DNA from: a virus | Virus record (IMG/VR): IMGVR_UViG_3300046779_001442 | Coordinates: 1-64,000 of that record | Direction: 5' to 3' (one strand) | DNA length: 64,000 nt | Shown: positions 47,801-57,134 of the stretch, one piece after another | Layout of the letters: each line of letters begins with the position of its first letter | Position numbering within the stretch: the stretch's first letter is position 1 | Notes under the pieces: model-generated | What the model saw: the letters and a program-made list of their open reading frames with translations, nothing else | Databases searched by the model: none | What the model was told of the DNA's origin: nothing | Translations under genes and position numbers: made by a program

Positions 47801-48951
47801 AAGAAATTGCTTGGCAAGAAGATGAAGTTAACAAGAAGTATGATGCTAGAGGTAAGGCTCTAGATAAGATTCAAAAGGTTAATGAGAATATTGCTAGACA
47901 AAATAAGGCTCAGTTAACTATTGCGGATGCTCTTAGCCAGGGAGATATCGCTGCTGCTGCACGTGCAATAGAAGATGCAAGAGCAGAAGATGCAGCTGCA
48001 GCAATTGATGCACAAAAGCAGGCACTTGATACAGCAAAAGAGCAGGAGCTTGCTTCCCTTACAGACTCTCAGGGCAGAACACGTGCTCAGCTTGAGGCAT
48101 CAATTCTTGACCTTAAAAAGCAAATTTTTACAATTGAAGAGCAAACACTTGAGCCAGCTCAAAAGGCAAAATCCGAAGCAGAGGCAATTAAGCAAGCTGC
48201 TATCGATAGCATAACTGTTCTTGGCAAGAACAAGGATGAGTGGGAGGCAATTAAAAATAAAGCTGATATTGCTCGTGTTAATTCAGATAAATATGCTAAG
48301 GCTATACAAGGTGCCCTTGATATTGTCAATGATCTTGTTAAAAAATGGGGTGGCCTAGATGGCAAGGTTGTAACAACCACACATGTTATCAACACAATAA
48401 CAAATGGTTCGAGTACTGGATCTACAGGAAGTTCTACCACAACTACAAAACCTATTACAACTACAAAGCCTACCACATCTACAATTACTCCTGCACAAGG
48501 ACAAGCACTTGTAGCAAGACTTACGGGCGGTGCTCCAGTTTCATCATTCAGTGCTGCTGAAAGAGCATATCTTAACCTTAACTCTGGTGGTTCAGTGCCA
48601 GGAATAGGTGACTATGACAAGGTTCCTTCAATGCTAACACCTGGAGAATTTGTTATGAACAGATCAGCCGTTGGTAAGTATGGCGTTGGCATGATGAGGG
48701 CCATTAACGCTGGAAGTTTTGTACCTTCTATGTCAGCACCAACAGTCTCTATGCCAGCTACAGATGGTGGCAACGCCCCAGAAGTATCAAATTCTGGAGT
48801 ATCTGCTACAAATAACAACTCAGCAGTGTATAATTATAATCTAAGCGTTAATGTGTCTTCATCTAATGCAGGTGCACAAGAAATTGCAAATGCAGTAATG
48901 GGAAGAATTAAAGCTGTCAATTCACAGCGAGTAAGAGGAGTTAGAATTTAA
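41857..48951 (+). CDS. Tape measure protein
   Basis: 2364 aa, Ala-rich and helical, with a TP901-type core (GGINASEGANALKS), TM segments and GG-x-V-x-G...D-x-(I/V)P-x2-L-x2-GE motifs. Confidence 0.93.
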   Translation: MADIQSNIQVNIDTSSALASIKALQAQISAFQKEMASSSAANALAAKNLQKGLIDDINATGKFAASIKTVTSTTDYFTRSLEKNKLSLGEYFRYGMASSKSFSRMFESEFNTINKVARERVKDLQTQYISLGKDASGATKAIAIRPLALDLEHVGTKAQIAAQRTQLFNQILKQGSTNLLNFGKNTQWAGRQLMVGFTIPLSIFGAKAAQEFKKLEEQSIRFKRVYGDAMTTPEEADKMIEQLRTLGLEFTKYGVALEATMQLAADAAAMGKTGQDLLGQVSQANILGVLGQVSQEQALETTISLTNAFGYSTEQLADKVNFLNAVENQTVVSIEDLTTAIPKAGPVVQQLGGDVEDLAFFLTAMKEGGINASEGANALKSGLASLINPTEKASNMLLGMGINIKNIVAENNNDVAGIVVDFAQALDSLDPTTRAQAIEQLFGKFQFSRLSTLFQNVIQEGTQASRVLELTNMTTAQLAAMSRKELRNVEESSLYKFQAAIERFNAALAPVGEQFMKMVTPLIEFGTRILNMFNNMSDGAKGFVTAIVGIVGGIAPIFIMTFGLIANAIANGMKGFLFIKNAIQGAKQETTDLGLQTQYMSTEQLEAATVAASLDQVHSKLVQTFTSEAGAIDKLRTALERAAVAQARFGGVRVAGNAPKPKNFANGGMVVAGPGGPKGDKIPANLSDGEVVLSVATVEENPAVVQALLSGQKVQIPGYAESGTAGKSAIREFYAPTGNTYQAAHFSGHTEMSGAQLQEMAAGTRLAAGVEKLFANLMARLEKEALEAGAVFDKAAAELRILNETFDLYDNRVVSLDAELNNILGRSGGESGGTAPVARVQSALQSAGTDAHMQAALTMSTQGATREQQNAAIEQLDAAVQQSMQDFIDDQVKLATGVSDVSDLTKQEYEEAIANIKMSGEDLDRVIQRAYEAVSEKNDQLKAAYEEMSEISGYALAGDLNPNKDKSRNRKGFTGTGTKLYTDTRGQAYENMSQINADQGRDNKFVETQKRKFARVLEDAISQIVEVDPEAFTQVLQNPDAQARLRELSAIAEKYGIKLTQTAMAELQRGFEVGLQKQLDIQSPSKEAEVRGAQTGEGYLDGAESKIDDAKAVGEQTGDALTRAAASRAATYGDLEATPALKSARRKFGSVENIPPEVLSTLTSGMTSAGVEAEKAAINIGAVANKAMAVSGALSSVSFLLQGFGINLGGIGDVVTTLTNSMFALSMATAAAARSTMVMSALNLSGLANIGGLLKGKGLLDGFKTIFSSIRTFGGALTGLSGIVFRFIPYIGLALLAFEGFKFLSNQIQISNEKITGLGDVAKLTAEKLSKIGNAFGFDPAKPTDFGSRIGTSDSTSGSSKSQTGREKLLSGYEGETIEDKFSKFKDDYRAEINGLENATAEQATRALSSTARQMYASGATQEAVDATIKALIEATENNPELQKVDAGKIIGTVFDPTKPGSLQAIQDAAAASAEAYQKAYNLGLATDFGSSVDPESWMAGTYDPSKVTQQQLDAAGVKGNTVTPLSSDATKEQSILASETAASADALFQAFEASSIGAQELIDNVNGLIAPIEGLSETAQARLVPILAEQLGPEFQEQTKDIKDYADVLYMAKYVMAGGVITDEQVNKIKKGTSATSLLSGSFGQLAFETENARKAEERRQEAADNAAYVKQQIVNVSDQIKAYNILRDAGYDSATALSLVNDETLRSEILAAGAADKLGEFGVKLKEYAGLVAQWNKISSSGGGGSGKKTPLQEALESLKEQRGNILNAATAYSKLRKANIDVSTSWKYANDATVAAGLASAKTAKQVKQIVAAIKELEKATAKNAWGNFSKQTADAKIALQNQSKMATILGNVGASAEEIDALINDEGLAAGFKAGTVTAAQLEEALKRIRANSDIELKIKMTTPEGMQSIFDEAYGKVQEAFSAKETQIELDFKLGTNLSGQNKDLVNTKAIDETIKNAEEQIDGLNYKIDDYEAGVQEIAWQEDEVNKKYDARGKALDKIQKVNENIARQNKAQLTIADALSQGDIAAAARAIEDARAEDAAAAIDAQKQALDTAKEQELASLTDSQGRTRAQLEASILDLKKQIFTIEEQTLEPAQKAKSEAEAIKQAAIDSITVLGKNKDEWEAIKNKADIARVNSDKYAKAIQGALDIVNDLVKKWGGLDGKVVTTTHVINTITNGSSTGSTGSSTTTTKPITTTKPTTSTITPAQGQALVARLTGGAPVSSFSAAERAYLNLNSGGSVPGIGDYDKVPSMLTPGEFVMNRSAVGKYGVGMMRAINAGSFVPSMSAPTVSMPATDGGNAPEVSNSGVSATNNNSAVYNYNLSVNVSSSNAGAQEIANAVMGRIKAVNSQRVRGVRI

Positions 48952-49589
48952 TGGCTACACAAACATATATGGATGGACGCAAGAAGTATTCTCGTCCACA
49001 TGCTATGATGTGGTCAAAGCAGGCCCCACTTATTATTAATGGAAAATATGTTCCATATGGTCTCGAAGTTAACGACTATGTAGAGTCACAAGTTGATGCA
49101 GTGCTACAGGATCAGTTCTTAATTTTGTCTGACGATAACAGAGAGCCACTAGCCTTTAAAACAGATAGAATTCAGACGAGAAAGCGTATGGTTAACGGAC
49201 AGATGCGTTCATACCATATTGCTGATAAATTAAATATTTCTACATCTTGGAGCATGCTGCCATCTCGTGGATTTGCTACATACCCAAATTTTGATACTGC
49301 AACTGGAGAACCAAACCAGGCACTAATTAGTTCTCAGATGATAACTACTGATGGCGGTGCAGGTGGCGTTGATATGTTGCAATGGTATGAAAATAATCAA
49401 GGTTCTTTTTGGGTTTACCTTTCATACGATAAGTACAATGAATTTGCTGAAGATCAGTTTAGATTTGAAAGACTTGGAGAATATCCGCAGGCACTTGAAA
49501 TGTATATCGCATCTTTCGACTATGACGTTGTAAAGCGTGGCGGTAGTCATGACCTGTGGAACATATCAATTTCTCTAGAAGAGGTATAA
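48951..49589 (+). CDS. Putative distal tail protein
   Basis: Immediately after the tape measure gene; ends W-x-ISISLEEV. Confidence 0.6.
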   Translation: MATQTYMDGRKKYSRPHAMMWSKQAPLIINGKYVPYGLEVNDYVESQVDAVLQDQFLILSDDNREPLAFKTDRIQTRKRMVNGQMRSYHIADKLNISTSWSMLPSRGFATYPNFDTATGEPNQALISSQMITTDGGAGGVDMLQWYENNQGSFWVYLSYDKYNEFAEDQFRFERLGEYPQALEMYIASFDYDVVKRGGSHDLWNISISLEEV

Positions 49590-52500
49590 TGTTTGGTAAT
49601 AAAACACTTCTTTCTCATCTAGAAAAATCATCCAATGTAAGTATTTCATCAGCTATATTTGCTGAGTGGAATATGAACATCCCACAAAATTTTGCAAAGA
49701 TTGGTAACTATAGATATAGACCAACATCTTCGTCAATATACCAAACTATACTGTCTTCATATGACAAATACGATACTGGCAATTTTTATACTGGTGCAAC
49801 TGATGCAGACATAACAATAGACGGTGGCATAGATGATGATGACCAGCCACTAGCATTCACTTCTCCAAAAGAACAGACAAAGCTTCTCTTCTCTCTTGAA
49901 GAATGTTTTAATAAGTTTAGACCAAGATCAGGAATTAATAAGGCAAAATATTTTGCAGACAGATATTTTCACTATAGTGATAAAGATATGGCTAAGCGTC
50001 CAAGGTACTATGTTGCCACCAAGGGAGACGCATTTAAGTACTGGACTTCAGATAGAACTGAGGATGGAATCAGGGGTGTGTCCTATCCAGTAAGAGTTGG
50101 AAACTTTACTAATTATTTTATTGATGATGCAGCACCATTTATAGTATATTCAGAAAGTGTGCCAGCAAATAGGATAGTGGTAAAAATGCAAACCCACATT
50201 GGCACAATTAATAAGGGGCCATTCCTTTCTCCTGCTGGAACTACTCTAGCTGATCCATTCTATGGACAGGAGAATAGCAAAACTCCAACAAAGTGGAGAA
50301 TACAGTATTTGGATGAGAATGATACATGGGTAGATGCTGCTGTATTTTTGCCAACAGACAAAAGAATAGATGGTACACCAATCGTTGGGCCAGACGGATA
50401 TGTCGAGGTATATTATGGTGCAATAATTCCATCAGAGTACTCATCAATTTTTAATTATAAAAGAAGCTTTGTATCTGCACAAATGATCCCATTATCTCCA
50501 GATGTTGGATCTGCCTACTTGGTTAAGTCTTCTGCTACAGATCCTGGAAGATTCTACATATACACATCATCTGGTTACCAGTCATTTGCTGCCAAATATG
50601 GATGGTCTTTATCACAGACTGAGGTACTTGATTTTAGAAATACTGTAGACGCAACAGCATCTTCAGAATATTTTGTTGACCCACTTTCTGGAAAAAAGAA
50701 TTACTCAAAATACCAACATATAAATGGTATCCGTGTTGTCGTAGATCAGATGAATACTACAAACTCTTCATTTGATTTGATTGAAATGTCGCCAAGGCTT
50801 GTTCTAGATTTTACAGGCATGGTTGAGTCATGCAACGTTACAAAAAGCATGTCTGACCTTGGAAATGCTGGTATGCCAGTAGGTCAACTTTTAGCTTCTG
50901 TTGGAAGCCTTTCAATGTTTGACTATAATGAAGTATTCAATGAAAACAACAAGACAAGCGTAATATCTAAATATCTAGATCAAATAATTAAGTTTATGAT
51001 ATATGAAAGAATAACTGATAAGTCTGGAAATCAGTATCTTGTGCCAATTAAATTTATGTACTCTGCAAATAAGCCATCGCTTTCAGCCACAACAAGAGAC
51101 CTGTCTATTGAGCTTAGAGATCTAACATTCTGGTTTGAACAATCAATGTCCCCAGAGCTTTTTATGGTTGATGTCTCAATGAGTGTAGCTATATCTACTT
51201 TGCTGGATTCAATAGGTTTTTCAAATTATAAATTCCTTCGCATGGATGGAGAGAAAGATTTAATAATTCCATATTTCTATACAAGTAGCGAACAGTCTGT
51301 TATGGAGGTATTGCAAGATATTGCAGTGTCCACACAATCAGCAATATTTCTAGATGAAGAAAATAATCTAATAGTTATGTCTAAAGATTATTTGCTACCA
51401 AGTTCATCCTTGCCTAGGGCTACAGATATGATTCTTAGTGGAGAAAAAACTAATTTAATAGATGCAAATATTGAGGATATTGCTGTACAAGAATCTAAGG
51501 TATTTAATGGTGGAACAATTAATTATCAAGAAAAGTATATTCAAAGATCATATGGGTCAATCAAACAATCATCAATGATTGATAGAAATAAGACATGGAT
51601 ATATAAGCCAGCATTGTTATGGGAAGCATCTGGCTCCCTAAACACAAAGTCTCAGAATGGACAGCTAACAAATCAGTCAGCATATTCTCTAGCTGCTATA
51701 CCATTGAACTCCACCCTTCCTGCCACTATCCCGTCAGTTGTTAATGGGTCAATTATTAATAACATTATTGATTTTGGAGAAGGCGTATATTTTACAACAA
51801 GATACAATGGATACTTCTTTGCAAATGGTGAGATTGTAAGATACGATGCAGTAGAATATAGCATGACTGGCCAAGCTGCCCCAGTTTGGATTCAAAGTAC
51901 ACAAGAATACTCAAACTATTTCCAGCAGCTCAAGTTTGGTGGGACAATGTACCCAACAGGACGTGTAAGAATATATTGCGAGCCAAAGTATGAGGTTGTA
52001 AATGGAGTAACAAGATTTAAGGATGGTGCTGTAAACAAACATGGTCGTGGTCAGTTTGGAACTCCTATAGTTGCTCACGAGGCAGGCCTGTCATCTGTGT
52101 GGACTAATTCAGATGGATCAAATCCGACTCGTGGATGCAAAATGTCGTTCTCCGAACTGCTTTCATTTGACGAGACTACAGCACAGACTAAGAGCAAGTC
52201 TTTGTCTACTGGTGCTGCAGGTGTAGCAAACTCTACAGTTGTAAGTGCAAGCAGAAGCGGAATTATCAGAAACTCATTAAGTGGTAACTATAAGACAGAT
52301 GCACAAATTAATCAGCTAAAAATAACTGAGTTTGGAACCGTTCAGTCTTCTGCATTAGTGTTTAATGGTCCAAACTTTACAACAGATGTAAAGGCTACAG
52401 ACCACATTAGCTATATCCCAAAAAATTTAAATAGAACATATTCTCATTTTGGAACTAGAATGAGAATCATTGGTAGGGCTGAGAATGGCACAAACAAGCT

Positions 52501-53848
52501 ACAAACCCCAACTGGATCTATGGGATATTACCAAGATGGTAAGGTTGGTGGAGCTTCTGGCGGATTAGCAGTTATGTTAAATTCAGCCACCAACAACGGA
52601 TACTATTTTGAAATCATGGCACTAACTGGAGACACAGTTCTTGGAGAAGAAGATGTTATTCTCAATAACGTAGTTTTTTATAAGATTAAGTCTGACTCTA
52701 GTGGCAATGCTGTTCCAGTTAGACTATGGTCTGGAATTGCAAATATAGTAGTAGATTCTGGAAATTTTGCAGGGCAGTCAAGAACAAACACACAAGAAAA
52801 TCCATCAGTATATGACCTAGCTATAGAGTACGAAGAAGTCGATAAAAGATCTGCAAGAAGATTCTACCTATACATAAATAATAAGTGTGTGGCAATTATT
52901 GATGATACAGACCCTCTACCAGCATATCAAAATATTGCACCATTCATTCGTGGCACATCAAGAGTAATGTTTGAAAACATTTATGCCCTTGCAAAGAAAT
53001 ACTCTGTAGATGCTGCTGGTAGCTTGTCAACACCAATTAATTCAGTATTTGGAGATAGTTCAGTTGATGTATCAGAGTCAATGAGAAAATATGCTTTATC
53101 TGGTGCAGTGCAAAAGACATATTTGTCAGACATTAATGGACAACAGGGACCAGGATACGACATGTATTTTGAAGAGTTCGGTACTATTATGCGTGAGGCA
53201 GCATACTTTAATATTAAGTTTGACAAGGCATATCCAGCACTAAGTGCTAAAATATCTCCAACATTCAATAAGGTTAAGGGATATACAGTTTCTGGCTTTA
53301 TGCCAAATGCATATGGTGCAGAGTTTTTAGTATTTAACCATACCGATAGTGTTATAAGTCTTGATGAGACTACTGGAAACTATCTAAGAATTCAGGGCGT
53401 AACCTTTACTCAAAACTCAGATAGAAAGCTAACTCTAGACGACTATTATAAGTATAATAGCGACTTATCAAATGTTGACCATGTTGTATCAGGAACAAAC
53501 TCACCGTTTAAGGCAGAGAAAGAATTTTTTGATATCAAGGCAAGTCGTGCAACATATGGTACGAATGAGTTTTCTCTTAATGCTAAGTATATTCAGACAG
53601 AAGATGCTGCTCGTGATCTTATGGGTTGGGTGATTTCAAAAACTATTAAGCCTAGAAAATCAGTTGGTATGAATGTGTTTGCTGGATCTGTGCTGCAATT
53701 GGGAGATATTGTTCAGATTTTTTGGACTGATGATGACGGAACAGATCAGCTGTTTGATAGAAACAAGAAGTTTGTGGTGTATAGTATTGACTATACGATT
53801 AGTCCAAATGGGCCAACTTCGACTGTATATGTTAGTGAGGTAATCTAA
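49589..53848 (+). CDS. Large tail tip / baseplate hub protein
   Basis: About 1419 aa; EVLQDIA-x5-IFLDE-x-NNL and C-terminal LQLGDIV-x-I...V-x2-I-x-Y hub motifs. Confidence 0.7.
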   Translation: MFGNKTLLSHLEKSSNVSISSAIFAEWNMNIPQNFAKIGNYRYRPTSSSIYQTILSSYDKYDTGNFYTGATDADITIDGGIDDDDQPLAFTSPKEQTKLLFSLEECFNKFRPRSGINKAKYFADRYFHYSDKDMAKRPRYYVATKGDAFKYWTSDRTEDGIRGVSYPVRVGNFTNYFIDDAAPFIVYSESVPANRIVVKMQTHIGTINKGPFLSPAGTTLADPFYGQENSKTPTKWRIQYLDENDTWVDAAVFLPTDKRIDGTPIVGPDGYVEVYYGAIIPSEYSSIFNYKRSFVSAQMIPLSPDVGSAYLVKSSATDPGRFYIYTSSGYQSFAAKYGWSLSQTEVLDFRNTVDATASSEYFVDPLSGKKNYSKYQHINGIRVVVDQMNTTNSSFDLIEMSPRLVLDFTGMVESCNVTKSMSDLGNAGMPVGQLLASVGSLSMFDYNEVFNENNKTSVISKYLDQIIKFMIYERITDKSGNQYLVPIKFMYSANKPSLSATTRDLSIELRDLTFWFEQSMSPELFMVDVSMSVAISTLLDSIGFSNYKFLRMDGEKDLIIPYFYTSSEQSVMEVLQDIAVSTQSAIFLDEENNLIVMSKDYLLPSSSLPRATDMILSGEKTNLIDANIEDIAVQESKVFNGGTINYQEKYIQRSYGSIKQSSMIDRNKTWIYKPALLWEASGSLNTKSQNGQLTNQSAYSLAAIPLNSTLPATIPSVVNGSIINNIIDFGEGVYFTTRYNGYFFANGEIVRYDAVEYSMTGQAAPVWIQSTQEYSNYFQQLKFGGTMYPTGRVRIYCEPKYEVVNGVTRFKDGAVNKHGRGQFGTPIVAHEAGLSSVWTNSDGSNPTRGCKMSFSELLSFDETTAQTKSKSLSTGAAGVANSTVVSASRSGIIRNSLSGNYKTDAQINQLKITEFGTVQSSALVFNGPNFTTDVKATDHISYIPKNLNRTYSHFGTRMRIIGRAENGTNKLQTPTGSMGYYQDGKVGGASGGLAVMLNSATNNGYYFEIMALTGDTVLGEEDVILNNVVFYKIKSDSSGNAVPVRLWSGIANIVVDSGNFAGQSRTNTQENPSVYDLAIEYEEVDKRSARRFYLYINNKCVAIIDDTDPLPAYQNIAPFIRGTSRVMFENIYALAKKYSVDAAGSLSTPINSVFGDSSVDVSESMRKYALSGAVQKTYLSDINGQQGPGYDMYFEEFGTIMREAAYFNIKFDKAYPALSAKISPTFNKVKGYTVSGFMPNAYGAEFLVFNHTDSVISLDETTGNYLRIQGVTFTQNSDRKLTLDDYYKYNSDLSNVDHVVSGTNSPFKAEKEFFDIKASRATYGTNEFSLNAKYIQTEDAARDLMGWVISKTIKPRKSVGMNVFAGSVLQLGDIVQIFWTDDDGTDQLFDRNKKFVVYSIDYTISPNGPTSTVYVSEVI

Positions 53849-54855
53849 TGGCAGAAAAACCAAAGGCATCACCAAAAGCTTTATTGCCAACACTTAAACC
53901 AGTTACAACTGGCGTACCAAAGTCTTTGCAAAAGCCAGCTCTGACCTTACAGCAACAGTCTGATAGATCTAGAACAGCATCACGAGCTGCATTTCAAGCT
54001 TCTCCAGCAAAGAAAGAAAGAAATAAAGCAACTCAAAGCGTAATAGCTGCAAATAAAAAAGTTGATCAACTAAAAGCTTCTGCTAATGCTCCAGGGCTAA
54101 CTGCTCAGCAAAAATCAGATAGGATGCGTACTCTTGGTAGGGCACAAAATCAACAGTCAAAAGCAAAGGCTAACCTTAACAAAATAACTGGATATAAGAA
54201 ACCAGTAAAAAAGAGTGATCCAGTCAACACCAAGCCAACAAAGCCAAAAACTACAAAACCAAAGACTACAAAACCAAAGACCACAAAACCAAAAACTACT
54301 AAACCACAAACTGGTAACAATTCTACACTGCCACAAACTACGTCCCCAGTTGATGCTACGGAAAATCCTGTAGTTTCTGCTACCCCAGAGTCTCCATCTC
54401 CAGGAGTTACTTCAGAAGCAGAAAGTGTAAAGACCTATAAGCCTGCTACTCCAGATTTGATTCAGTTACAGGAAGACGAATTTCCAGTAGAGATTATTAC
54501 AGACTTGTTGTTTGAGGATATTGGCGGTACAGAAATTTTAAATTTAGCAAGGCATGACCTTGTGAGTGGTATAGATATAAAATATCAGCAAATATCAAAT
54601 CTTTCCAAGATTGAGGCTGTGTATGGTGGAGCAAACTTGGTTGCACTACAAAACACATCTGAACAAGTGTTTAGTAAATATCCACTCAGAAGATATCAAT
54701 TTATACCAACAGTCACAGATGATCCATCTGGACTAAATAGCCATGTCTACCTTGATGCTGCTGGAGACTTGGTGATAGAGCTAATCAACATAGACAACTC
54801 ATACCAAATAGAGGTAGAGTTCCAGGCAGCAGACATTAATGATATAATATATTGA
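53848..54855 (+). CDS. Putative tail protein with Lys-rich low-complexity N-terminus
   Basis: KPKTT repeats followed by a globular-looking C-terminus (LLFEDIGG-x-E). Confidence 0.7.
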   Translation: MAEKPKASPKALLPTLKPVTTGVPKSLQKPALTLQQQSDRSRTASRAAFQASPAKKERNKATQSVIAANKKVDQLKASANAPGLTAQQKSDRMRTLGRAQNQQSKAKANLNKITGYKKPVKKSDPVNTKPTKPKTTKPKTTKPKTTKPKTTKPQTGNNSTLPQTTSPVDATENPVVSATPESPSPGVTSEAESVKTYKPATPDLIQLQEDEFPVEIITDLLFEDIGGTEILNLARHDLVSGIDIKYQQISNLSKIEAVYGGANLVALQNTSEQVFSKYPLRRYQFIPTVTDDPSGLNSHVYLDAAGDLVIELINIDNSYQIEVEFQAADINDIIY

Positions 54856-54864
54856 GGTAAAAAC

Positions 54865-56241
54865 ATGATAACTAATAAAGGTCAACAGCTAATAACCAAG
54901 TATATGATTGGTCAGGCATCTTCATATGCTTCACATGTTGCAGTTGGATGTGGACCAATGCCATACAATGCTCAGTCATCTGTTACGCAAGCAGAAATTG
55001 CTACACAAAGACTTAAGCAGAACCTAGACTTTGAGATGTTTCGTGTACCAATTACTTCTCGTGGATATGTTACAGAGGAATCTGGATCTGCATCAATCAG
55101 CGGAGTAGCGGTGGCAAACAATGTTGTGACGTATACCACATCAACAAATTCTTTCTTGACTGGAGACCGTGTAACCGTATCTGGAGTAAATCCCTCACAA
55201 TTTAATATATCAGATGCGATTATTATTGACTCATCACCAACTAGTTTTTCTATTCAAGGGTCTCCGTCTGGTACCTATGTTTCTGGAGGAATTGCAAAAA
55301 CATATTATACAGACATAGTTTTGACTGCAGAGCTGCCAACTGAAGAAAGATATGAAATTACTGAAGTTGGAATTTTTTCTGCACAGTCTAACCCAGATGC
55401 AGGTTCTTATGATAGTAGAACTATATATTCGTTTTCTCAAAATGAAAACTGGCAGTATCACGGGGTAAACATTGAGCCAATTCCAGTAGTATATACACCG
55501 CTAGATCCAAATCAGGCTAACGTCCTTGAAGGAATATACACAGTAAATGGTGAGCAAAAAGACTGCAAGGCATTGCACACAAATGCTGACAATACATTGT
55601 TTGCAAATGAGAATAGAATTCTTAGATATGAGACATGTAGATATTTAAATAATATTGTTGCTTTGCGTGGCAATTTGTCTAATTTGTCTTATGATTCTGT
55701 CACAAAAAGAGTTTCATATAACTCTGGAGATCACATACACCTAAACAATGTTAAATTAAATTTTGACAGAAACTCTCCTTCAGACGAGATCAAGCTTGCA
55801 TTTTCTGTTATTAATAAAAGAGGAAGTATTTCAGAAAACCCATCTGAAGTAAATCTTATTATAGAATTTTCAAATGCAGACTCTAACGCTACACAATCTG
55901 CAAAGCTAGAAGTACATCTAAATTCATCAGATTACAATTTTTCTAACAATAGATATTTTGTAGTTTCTAAAAAAATTAGTGAGTTGATCACATCTCAGTA
56001 TTTTTCATGGGGGCAGGTAACAACTATTAAGGTGTTTGCCTCAGCAAAAGATACAGATGGTGCAGTGTCAGACCTGTTCTATATCTGTCTAGATGCACTT
56101 AGACTAGAAAATACTCAAACAATAAATCCATTATATGGAATGTCTGGATACTCTGTTGTTAAAACAACAAACGGAACTACTGTGAAAAAGCTAGAAAATA
56201 CTACAAACTACATAGAGTTTAGATTTGGTGTTGATATATAG
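54865..56241 (+). CDS. Putative tail/baseplate protein
   Basis: MITNKG...AVGCG...L-x-FE-x2-R...ITEVGIFS pattern typical of tail-collar proteins. Confidence 0.65.
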   Translation: MITNKGQQLITKYMIGQASSYASHVAVGCGPMPYNAQSSVTQAEIATQRLKQNLDFEMFRVPITSRGYVTEESGSASISGVAVANNVVTYTTSTNSFLTGDRVTVSGVNPSQFNISDAIIIDSSPTSFSIQGSPSGTYVSGGIAKTYYTDIVLTAELPTEERYEITEVGIFSAQSNPDAGSYDSRTIYSFSQNENWQYHGVNIEPIPVVYTPLDPNQANVLEGIYTVNGEQKDCKALHTNADNTLFANENRILRYETCRYLNNIVALRGNLSNLSYDSVTKRVSYNSGDHIHLNNVKLNFDRNSPSDEIKLAFSVINKRGSISENPSEVNLIIEFSNADSNATQSAKLEVHLNSSDYNFSNNRYFVVSKKISELITSQYFSWGQVTTIKVFASAKDTDGAVSDLFYICLDALRLENTQTINPLYGMSGYSVVKTTNGTTVKKLENTTNYIEFRFGVDI

Positions 56242-56657
56242 TGGCAAATAAAAAGATTAGAATTGAAAAGTCGTCTTTACCACTAGTCAATTTTGAAAAT
56301 AAACACTTAGTTAGATACAAAATTGTTTTTGATAAAACAAAATCATCAGACTGGTCAAATATATATGCATTGTCTGCACCTGCCATCGTCACAGTAAATG
56401 GGGTGGTAAGATACTCCAGCGGTGTAATTGATGTTATCTGGGATAATACAAATAGACTATCATCTTATGATATATTTGTCAAGTATGATCTGTCTGAAAG
56501 CTATAAGCATCATGGAACAACTACCGCAAATAACTACTCGGTCATACCCAAAACAGGGGCATCTCAGATTTATGTCTTAATTCAGGCAGCATCTAGCAGC
56601 AAGAAAGTTTCTACCCCAAATAAGCTTTTGGTTTTTGAGGGTAATGTCAGCTGGTAA
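56241..56657 (+). CDS. Hypothetical protein
   Basis: 138 aa, GTG start coupled to the upstream stop. Confidence 0.65.
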   Translation: MANKKIRIEKSSLPLVNFENKHLVRYKIVFDKTKSSDWSNIYALSAPAIVTVNGVVRYSSGVIDVIWDNTNRLSSYDIFVKYDLSESYKHHGTTTANNYSVIPKTGASQIYVLIQAASSSKKVSTPNKLLVFEGNVSW

Positions 56658-56681
56658 TGGTATAATTAATTAGGAGATATT

Positions 56682-57128
56682 ATGGCAAACATCGTTAGAA
56701 CACCAAGTGCAGGTCAGCCAATTGACGCTACCTATTTATTAGAATTGGCTAACGCCATCAACACATTGGCAAGTAACATATCAACTTCGCCAACCATGAA
56801 GCTGACAAGCATCAACACACCATCAGCAGGTGTGCAAACAGTAAAAACATCCGAAGCAGCTTTTGTTGGCGGATACGTTGAGGTATCTAGCGGTAACGTA
56901 GCAGCAGGAACTGCAGTTAAGTGGGACTACTCTTTCCCATCATACTTTAAGTATCCTCCAGTAGTTACCGCAACACCAATTAGCGTATCTGGTGCAGATG
57001 CAGGAACTGGCGTTAGCGTTATGATCAAGTCTGTTGGTCAAAATCTTGTAAGTGGAACTGTGACTTTTGCTAGTACTGGAAATCTAACTGTTGGCTTAAA
57101 CTTAATCATTGTTGGCATTCCTAACTAG
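56682..57128 (+). CDS. Putative fibre/tail protein (H-type-lectin-like C-terminus)
   Basis: F-x3-F-x2-PPVVTATP...(L/I)IIVG pattern. Confidence 0.55.
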   Translation: MANIVRTPSAGQPIDATYLLELANAINTLASNISTSPTMKLTSINTPSAGVQTVKTSEAAFVGGYVEVSSGNVAAGTAVKWDYSFPSYFKYPPVVTATPISVSGADAGTGVSVMIKSVGQNLVSGTVTFASTGNLTVGLNLIIVGIPN

Positions 57129-57134
57129 GATATT

